From the human T2T-CHM13v2.0 reference genome, Homo sapiens: DNA of 64,000 bases. This document shows positions 44,241 to 64,000 of this stretch, in pieces. The stretch lies in assembly GCF_009914755.1 (NCBI RefSeq), contig NC_060927.1. One strand, given 5' to 3'. Position 1 is the first letter of the stretch; the number at the start of each line of letters is the position of its first letter. Under the pieces are notes generated by a model. It was not told the origin of the DNA. It saw only the letters and a list, made by a program, of their open reading frames with translations, and did not search any database. A program made the translations under genes and the position numbers.

Positions 44241-45920
44241 TTTAACAAGCATTTGCTATACGCCACCTTGCATTATGACAGCATGTGACCCACACAGCCA
44301 TCCTAGGAAGCAGGTAACAGCCCTACTCCATTTTGCACGGAAAGACTTGCCTGAGGTCACAGAGAGCGGCAGGCCTGGGATTTCCATCCAGGGATCCGAC
44401 TGCAGAGCACGACTCTGGAGGGTCTTCCTTCTTGCTCCTCCCATCCTTCCACTGTCCTTGGATCCCCCATTTTCCCCCTGCACAATCTCCTAATTCCTAT
44501 GTTCAACTTCTCATTTTCAACTGGATCTTTCCCAATGGCATTCAACACACTTGGTGTCCCCCACCTTAGAGTAGAACATTCAAGCAGCACAGCCTCCTGA
44601 AGGCCCTCACTCATCCCTTTCCCAGCCTGTTTGCGAAATGCTTTGTCAGGACTCAAAGTTAAGTCTCACTTCCGTCCAATTCCCATCCCCACACCAACAC
44701 AGTTCTCAAGTCACCAATGGGTAAAAGGCTTCAGTGATCCACTCCTACAGCCAAAAGGCACTGCTCGGTCTCTTCAGCCTCAGATGGTTCACTCCTGGAA
44801 ACATTTTTCCACTTGGCTTCATGACACCACAGTCCTGGTCTTTCTCGTCCCAGGTAAGGAGAGTCCTGGTCTTTGTCAACCCAGGTGGCCACTATTACTT
44901 TGTCGTCTTAATATTCAGTTCTGGATCTCTTCTTATTCTATACCCTTCCTAGGCACTGTCCCCTCCCACAGCCTCCTTCTCACCTTTTCCATAACCATGT
45001 CTAGGCCCGGCAGCCCCACATTTACCACTTGCACACCAGATCTTATAATTCCAGGCCTGAATATCCACCTGCCCAGGGACACTCCCACTTGGATGTCCCG
45101 AGCACCTCCATTTTGCCATGTCTGAAACAGAATTCAGCATCAGTTCCTCACAACTGGTCTTCTACAGACTTCCCCAGTAATCCCTCAACCCACCTGCCAA
45201 TATTTAAGCTGTTTGTAAGCCACTCATGCAAACATTCAATAACCCAACTACGTGTCATAGATTGGTCTGAACACCTAGCTGTTAACATAAAGATGAGCAA
45301 AAAAGACAAAACCCCTGCCCTATTGAAGCTAGTTCAGTAATCACACACATTCCAACCGTGGTATATGAGGTGGAGAAGAGGTACAAAGGAAAACGAGAGG
45401 GTACCACAGGACTTGACTGAGTGTGGCAGGCCACGGATGGCTCCCTGACACAGTAACCTTAAGTAACACATCCTGAGGCTGAGCAGGAATTCATTAGGTG
45501 GAGACAGGGAGCGAACTCCTGCAGAGAGGAAAGAGGGGCAGAAAGCCTGGCACTCACTGGCACTGTCGATTCCCCACATGACCTTTCAATCCCTTGCCTC
45601 TTGAGAGGAACCATCTCTGCTTTGCTCATCACTGTTTCCTTGATGCTGAGTAAAACATGACTCACAGGAAGGATGCAAAAACTACAAAAATGGAGGCCTC
45701 ACTCCACTACTCCATTCTGTGACCTAAGCCACGTCAACTCTTTCAACACTCTGGCACCACTTTCAACACTCTGGTACTAGAATACCTCAGTGTTCTAATA
45801 TGTAAAATGTAAATGCTTGCCTTGCAAACCTGCTGAGAAGCAAATCCATTATTTAATGAATAAAAAGCACTTGATAAAAGCACTATTCCCAAAATTAAGA
45901 ATTAAATTATGAGAGATCTT

Positions 45921-45960
45921 CAACAGACCAAAAACAAATGTTCACAGTCCCTGCTTTATT
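45921..45960 (-). terminator. RPN1: RPN1 polyadenylation signal and downstream GU-rich element
   Basis: AATAAA on the minus strand (tttatt at 45955-45960), followed ~15 nt later by CA and TTTGTTTTTGGTCTGTTG. Confidence 0.85.
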
Positions 45961-46377
45961 TCCATTTGTTCACACACGCTTTAAAAAAAAAAAAAAAAAC
46001 ACATGCACTCACACAATACCCAAACATCAGAATTAGAAGGGCATAAAACAGGGGGCTTTATAGGCTGAAAAATATCCTAGACTTCAGAACAGAATACCAA
46101 TCAAATATTGAAAATTCCTTTGTTCAAAACACAAAGATGTTTTGTTTTTAATGGGAGTTTTTTTAAAGTTTTCTTTTTTTTAAAAAAAAAAAAAAGAAAG
46201 TTAAGGACAAACGGCAAACTCACACTGCCTGACGCAGGGCCTGGTTTCTCTTCCTTGAAGGCCTTTTACAGATGTCAGCTTTCACTGGCCTCCATGCACA
46301 ACCTCCCACTACCACCCAATCTGCCTGCCACAGCAAAGTGCAGGCACCCTGGGCCCCCTGGAGGATGCGGGCAGGGG
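45939..46377 (-). other. RPN1: RPN1 3' UTR (U-rich)
   Basis: Lies between the stop codon and the inferred cleavage site. Contains long U tracts (A runs on the plus strand at ~45983-45999 and ~46182-46195). The 3' end is approximate. Confidence 0.85.
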
Positions 46378-46611
<234 letters not shown>

Positions 46612-47196
46612 TCAGCAGGCCCCACCATCTCCCAGGCCTACAGACCCCAGAGCTCCACAGGTATCAGCCACAAATGCAGCCAACAGCACAGTGTCCCAGG
46701 GCAGCAGGGCTGGCTATGGAGGAAGATAGGCCTGGCTTCAAATGCCAACTTCACCACCCACAAGCCCCGTTCTTACGCCCTTGTGAACAAGCCCTGCACC
46801 ATCCCTGGGCCTCATCTCCATTCTAGGACTCTGAGGACTGAGTATGAAACTACTTGGCAGCACCTATCATGCCCCTGGCACATAGCAGCTCCTCTATGAA
46901 CATCACTTCTCTCCTTGCAGCTTGTCAAATCAGTTCCAGGGATTCAATTAGGCAAAAGATCAATGGCAAGGGAAGGGGGGGTGACAGGCATTGTCACCTA
47001 CTGTACGTCACATTGAGGACTGGTATAGTCACATTCATTCAACATTCAACAAATGTTTAGTGAGCCATGGCGCGCGGCACAATTCTAGGTTCCAGAAAAC
47101 AGCACTAAGGACAGATAAGGGATCTTGTCCACAGATGCTGACATATAATTAACACTTAAGTAGAAGAATAAATCGTTTCAGAAAGTGGTAGGCGTG

Positions 47197-47820
47197 GGCC
47201 AGACACGGTGGCTCACATCTGTAATTCCAGTACCTTGGAGGCCAAGGCAGGCAGAACACTTGGGCTCAGGAGTTCAAGACCAGCCTGGGCAACATGGCGA
47301 AACCCCATCTCTACAAAAAATTAGCCAGGCATGGTGGTGTGCACCTGTGATCCCAGCTACTTGAGGTGGAAGGATCGCTTGAGCCTGGAGGTGGGGCTTG
47401 CAGTGAGCAGAGATTGCGCCACTACACTCCAGCATGGGCGACAGAGTGAAACCCTGTCTCAAAAACAAACAACAAAAAAAGTGGTAGGTGCTATGAGGAA
47501 ATTCACACAGAGTGAGGAGAGGGAATGCCAGGGAGTGGACAGGGGAGTCAGTGACTCTGAGGGGCACCTCTGCGAAAAGGTTACTGTCCTCATTTACAGA
47601 TAACTCCTTTACATAGCTTGTATCAGGGCAGGGTTCTGAATATTTTGCATGCATTAACTCATTTCACACTCAGAACCCCTATGAGGGGCTAACAGCATTC
47701 CCATTTTATAGATGAGGAAACTGAGGCACAGAAGTTAGGTGACTTGGCCAGGTTTACAAACTCTGAATCAGAGCCTGGATTCAAACCTATTGATTCTAAA
47801 GTCTAGGTTCATTTTACCAC
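47197..47820 (+). mobile_element. Alu (47197-47480) and MIR (47590-47820) in RPN1 intron 9
   Basis: MIR core cccattttatagatgaggaaactgaggcacaga. Similar MIR cores occur near 2035, 21135, 23560, 29477, 35380, 44325 and 58460. Confidence 0.8.
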
Positions 47821-47944
47821 AACATAAGCAGCCTGGGACCTAGAACAGTCTGGCCTCCAGGAGAGGATGCAGCTACTCTCAATACTGGCCACAAGGGCAC
47901 GCAGTGCTGACGAGGCTAGCAGAGCTTCCTCCACACCCAGCTCA

Positions 47945-48433
<489 letters not shown>

Positions 48434-48579
48434 TTATCTCCCAAAGAACATCTGCCACCAGCAGCCATCCAAAAATGAAATGCCACCTTCTTGGAAAGTC
48501 AAAGTCAAACCCCTACTGATACCTAATCTGGACCAGGTTCAGCAATGGGCAAAACTAGGGCCATAAAGATGAGCAGACC

Positions 48580-50847
<2,268 letters not shown>

Positions 50848-51435
50848 TCAAGCACCAGCTGTGCTCATCTCCTCCACCAGGCCTCACCCACCTGACTACA
50901 ATAAGTGCCTGGTACTAGTGCCTACCCTGGGGCATGGAGCCAAGAGCCCTAAGGAACAATGAGAGAATGAGAAATGGAGGAAGGAAGGAAGAAAAGAGCA
51001 AGAGGATGACCTGAGGATAACAGCAGTGCAGTCTGGGGAGGACCAAGGAGCCACGGAGCCTGTCAGGGAGCAGAGAGTGGGAGTGGGGAGAACGGTGCTG
51101 ACAGGGCCAGGTCAGTGGTTTCTGCTCCCAACAAGGAATCACCAAGGGGGAGGTGGGGAGGGAGAGGGGACTAAGAGGGGACTTCCACCTCCAAGTTCCA
51201 CTGAATAACAAGAAGCAAAACAGCTAAATAAGCACCAATCTTTTCATGTTTTTCCTACCTCAACTGAGCATCCAAGTTACTCTGTCTCCAGAGCCAAAGC
51301 AAGACAGAAGCAGGGACTTAACCTCCTGTGCTAGTGACCACAAGCAACAAAAACAAAGTACCCTTCCGGCAAGGATGAGCACAGGCAGGGGTCTTTTGGC
51401 CATGGCGTCCTGCCCTGGGCTCACTGTGAGGATCA

Positions 51436-51645
<210 letters not shown>

Positions 51646-51841
51646 TCATCGGGGCTGTAGGGACATGGGAGCCTAGACTCACCCAGGCTGGCCCACTCGA
51701 CCTGCTGCCCCACCCCAAGACCAGAAGACGCCATGAGCTCAAATGACTCCAGCCCAAGGAGGGACAGAAGGTGAGTTCTTGGCCCCCAGAGCCCACTGTC
51801 TGGGGAAGACGCCATGGAAGGCAAACAGTGGAGCCACTCAC

Positions 51842-51980
51842 CACAATGTCCTGAATGTGCTGTTCTACCAGATTTTTCTTGTAGGCAACAATCACAGGGC
51901 GGCCAAATGTGTCCAGATAGGTGTAGTGCAGCTCATCTGGGGCACGGCTGATTTCATAGGGACTATCAATTTCAATGTTC
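51842..51980 (-). CDS. RPN1: RPN1 exon 7 (139 bp)
   Basis: (K)[46 protein letters not shown]. Acceptor CAG, donor GTGAGT. Confidence 0.97.
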
Positions 51981-52699
51981 CTGGAAGAAGATGGGAATAA
52001 AATATAGCCTCCAACCAACTACATCAATAAACCAGATTTAGGATCAGAGAATTCCAAGGCTAAGGAGCCTTTCAAGATCACTAAATTCACACTCCTCCAC
52101 TCTGCTCCCTTCTCAGCTATGGAGAACACCCACTCTCTTGAGACAGGGGAGCCAGTGCCAGAAAGCCCTTTGTTTTAAAGCCCTTGTCTGCTGGGGCAAC
52201 AACTGTCCCTCTGAATCCTCCACTCCCAAGTTCTCACCAGTACTGGCCCCACTCCTTGGAGTCACAAAGTTGACACAGCTCTCCTGTACATCCTACCCAG
52301 TGAGTCCCTGGGAGGCTTGAACAGATGCCTCACGAGCTGTTCTGAATGTTCTTTCTCTTCACATGAATAAGAGCTTCTTACGGGGCAGGGGACATGTCCT
52401 GCTTTTGTCTGCCCAGGCCCACTGTCCCTTCTCCTGGTAAACAGCACAGCCTGGATTTGCATGAGGAACTACTCTTCCACTATGGAACATTCTCCACAGG
52501 AAGAAAATCAAGGGGTCTCTCATTCTGGCAGTCAGAGTGGACATGTGACTCAAGAGAGGCCAAGTAGATGTTCCCTGATAAAGTAAATCTAGAGAAAAGT
52601 GACACAAAGACTGTGCCCCTAGAACATAGGCTCTCCTTAGGGTACCACAAGGGTACAACCAGAGAAATCGGGTGCAAAGGAGAGGAACAGTCACACTCA

Positions 52700-52957
<258 letters not shown>

Positions 52958-53464
52958 CTACTGAACCCCACAACACAGAGACAGGGATGGGGGTCAAAAC
53001 ACCGACAGCCACAAGACCTTCACGTTATCAGTGTCTGTGAAGGAGAACGCAGAGAGAAGAAACAGGGCAACTGATGGGCTTGAGAACAGCAGAACCCCAA
53101 AACACACAACCGGGATTCCCTAGAGAGCACAGCAGGCCAGTGTGAGGAGTGGCTGAAACTCGGAGCAGTTGTGCCCTGCCTAATGGTGAGTGAAACGGGC
53201 CTGCAGAAGGTCTACGAGTCTGCAGCAGTCTAGTCCCTGAGAGCAGAACTCCCCTTCTGGGACAGTGCCCTACAGTGAGGAGAAACTGCTCAACACAATC
53301 AAAAATGAACATGATAGGGACAATGGAACTCAAAAACCACACAGAGGAAAGCTCAGAAAGCAAGCCACATGTTTTTGCACTAAAATAGCAGAGATCTGGG
53401 AAGGTACAAAAGCCACTCTAAACCATCCCTCCTTCGGAAAGGTCACATTAAAAATGATCAACAG

Positions 53465-55540
<2,076 letters not shown>

Positions 55541-55873
55541 AAGACTTGAAAGAAAATATGACAAAATGTTTTCAATCATTAGTTCTGGGTGTTCATATAA
55601 AAGTGTTTTTTATTATTCTCTGAATTTTCATTTTTTAAATAACTCAAAAACTATTTAAAGGAATTTCAGCGGTTCCATCTGATGACAGAACTGCAAGTAA
55701 GAAGAAGACTTTTACATACTGTTCGGATTGACTATCAAATGCATGTATTACTTTTACAATACTAACTCGTACCCACTTATAAAAAGTTGTTCCTGATAAA
55801 ACCAGCCTTCCTCAGAATGACAAATGAACACACCCCATCTATAAAGACTGATAATTGAAAGAAAAAAAATTCA

Positions 55874-56137
<264 letters not shown>

Positions 56138-56801
56138 CTAAAACTCCAGGAACCAGCTGAGAGGAAATGATCCTAAACACAGAAGACTTCCTGCACCAAG
56201 ATCCTCACATGGTACTACTTAATTAAAATAGTCCCCAAACATAAACAACCTAAAAAAGTCTAACTTTCCCCACAAAGGTTTGCGTCGACTTCTCAATCAA
56301 GGGTGCTAACTACCCAAATTCTTCTAAACAGTAAATAATTAAGGGAAATGCAAATACCTTTGTGAACATTGAAGACTTAATACAAAGGTAAAAATAATCT
56401 TGCAAGTTATTTTGCAGAGAAGAAAAGTAAAGATAGAAGACGGAAGAAATTTCATCAAATTACTAGGTGGTAGGGTTACAGAAAGGGTTTTTCTACCTGA
56501 TATACTTTATTGTATCTTCCAAATCTGTCAGTGTATTTTGATCATGGGAGGAAGGTATAATACCTTTGTTCACATACTGACCCCTTCTATCATACATAAG
56601 TAAAAAAAAAAGTTTATAAGATTTCATTTATGGGACAAAAAAGATTTAAAAACTGTATATGCAATATGATAAAATGTTTTTTAAAAACACTACAAAAGAA
56701 CAAAGAAATAGATCAAAATGACAGCTGTGTTTGGGTGGCGCAGTACTATGAATATGCTTTTCCTTTTTCTATTCAAATTTTCACTTAAAAAATATGGTTT
56801 A

Positions 56802-57725
<924 letters not shown>

Positions 57726-57884
57726 AAATGGCTTATCTATATATATGGGGGGGTATTTTTTAAGATTCTGTTGGTTTCTAACACTGCCAATCAACAAGAT
57801 GAACATCAGTTAACCCTAAACAACTGCCTAAATATTTAGCTAGTTTCGAAAAGCAAAGAATAGGTAGCTGTGATAAAGTCCTCA

Positions 57885-58184
<300 letters not shown>

Positions 58185-58558
58185 TTAAATCAGATTGATT
58201 GGAGACAACCTATATATCAGCAACAGAACGGGTAAATTATGATGTATCTAACGTATGCAACATTTTAAAATTATGTTTACTAGGACTTCTTGCTAACATA
58301 TGGGAATAAATATTCATGATATATTATTAACTCAAAAAATAGGACACAAAAAAATAATGTGTCTGGAGCTGATTGTATTAGGCAGTTTTGTAAGAGTTCT
58401 AAATAAGTGCATTATCTCATCTCATTCTCAAGACAATATGATGAAATAAGAACTACTTATCCCCATTTGACAAATAAAAATTTCAAGCCCTGGCAGTTTC
58501 CAATATCTTGTTCAAGGTCATAAACCTAAGTGGCAATACAAGGTCTGCTAAGTTCTGA

Positions 58559-63220
<4,662 letters not shown>

Positions 63221-63711
63221 TTTTTTTAAGTACTCCACCAAAGAAAAAAAGAGGTAGGTTAATTATGGTAACCTGATAACCGCTGAATCTAAGTGACGTG
63301 TGTGGGAGTTTATACTAGTCTTTGTACTTTGGCATGTTTGCGATTTGCCATAGTAACAAAATCTTTGTAAGCCTTAATTGCTCCCTCTCTCTTCAAGTTC
63401 CAACCGAGGCCCAACATTCAAGGAAGGCCCTCAACCACTCCAACAGCTTTGCTACCCCAGTATCTGCCCAGCCACACCATCTCAAAGCCTTTGTCCCTCT
63501 TACTGCCTCTGCGTGGAATGCCTTGCTTCCATCTCCAACACCCATTCCACCTCTCCAAATGCTACCCCTAGCCTCTACCTGTGATCCCCCAAGGAGAAAC
63601 AAGACCCCCATGGAGTCATTTCACTGCAGGTTAAACACTTTTGGGATGACCTTAGAAATGACTGCAGATTTCATCCACCCCACACCACCCAAGCCTATCA
63701 ACCAGTAGTCA

Positions 63712-64000
<289 letters not shown>

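Noticed and set aside
45740-45775. Small direct duplications (ctttcaacactctgg twice here; cttaattcattttatg twice at ~26888-26930)
   Set aside because: Ordinary slippage-type micro-duplications with no sign of function.

Overview
Human (primate) genomic DNA, very Alu-rich. The right third holds the 3' part of RPN1 (ribophorin I, an oligosaccharyltransferase subunit) on the minus strand: part of exon 3, exons 4-10, the 3' UTR and the poly(A) signal. All splice sites are GT-AG and the exon phases join into one frame. RPN1 places the window at 3q21.3, so the left ~46 kb is the GATA2-RPN1 intergenic region. It contains a GATA/RUNX/MYB/ETS/CEBP motif cluster at ~29.7-30.1 kb, where the GATA2 distal haematopoietic enhancer (hijacked by EVI1 in inv(3)/t(3;3) AML) is expected. 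It also has two gene-less CpG islands with divergently oriented CTCF motifs, long purine microsatellites in Alu tails, solo LTRs, L1, MIR and DNA-transposon fragments. I found no new protein-coding gene, CRISPR array or structural RNA gene, and no clearly new biological system. The most unusual features are: a diverged copy of the RPN1 exon 7/intron 7 junction inside intron 8 next to a palindrome; a perfect 26-bp inverted repeat with RUNX sites around a (GATA)n array; an RFC1-like (AAAGG)~100 Alu-tail tract; and an old ~170-bp local duplication. Repeat subfamily calls and most repeat boundaries are by eye and approximate.
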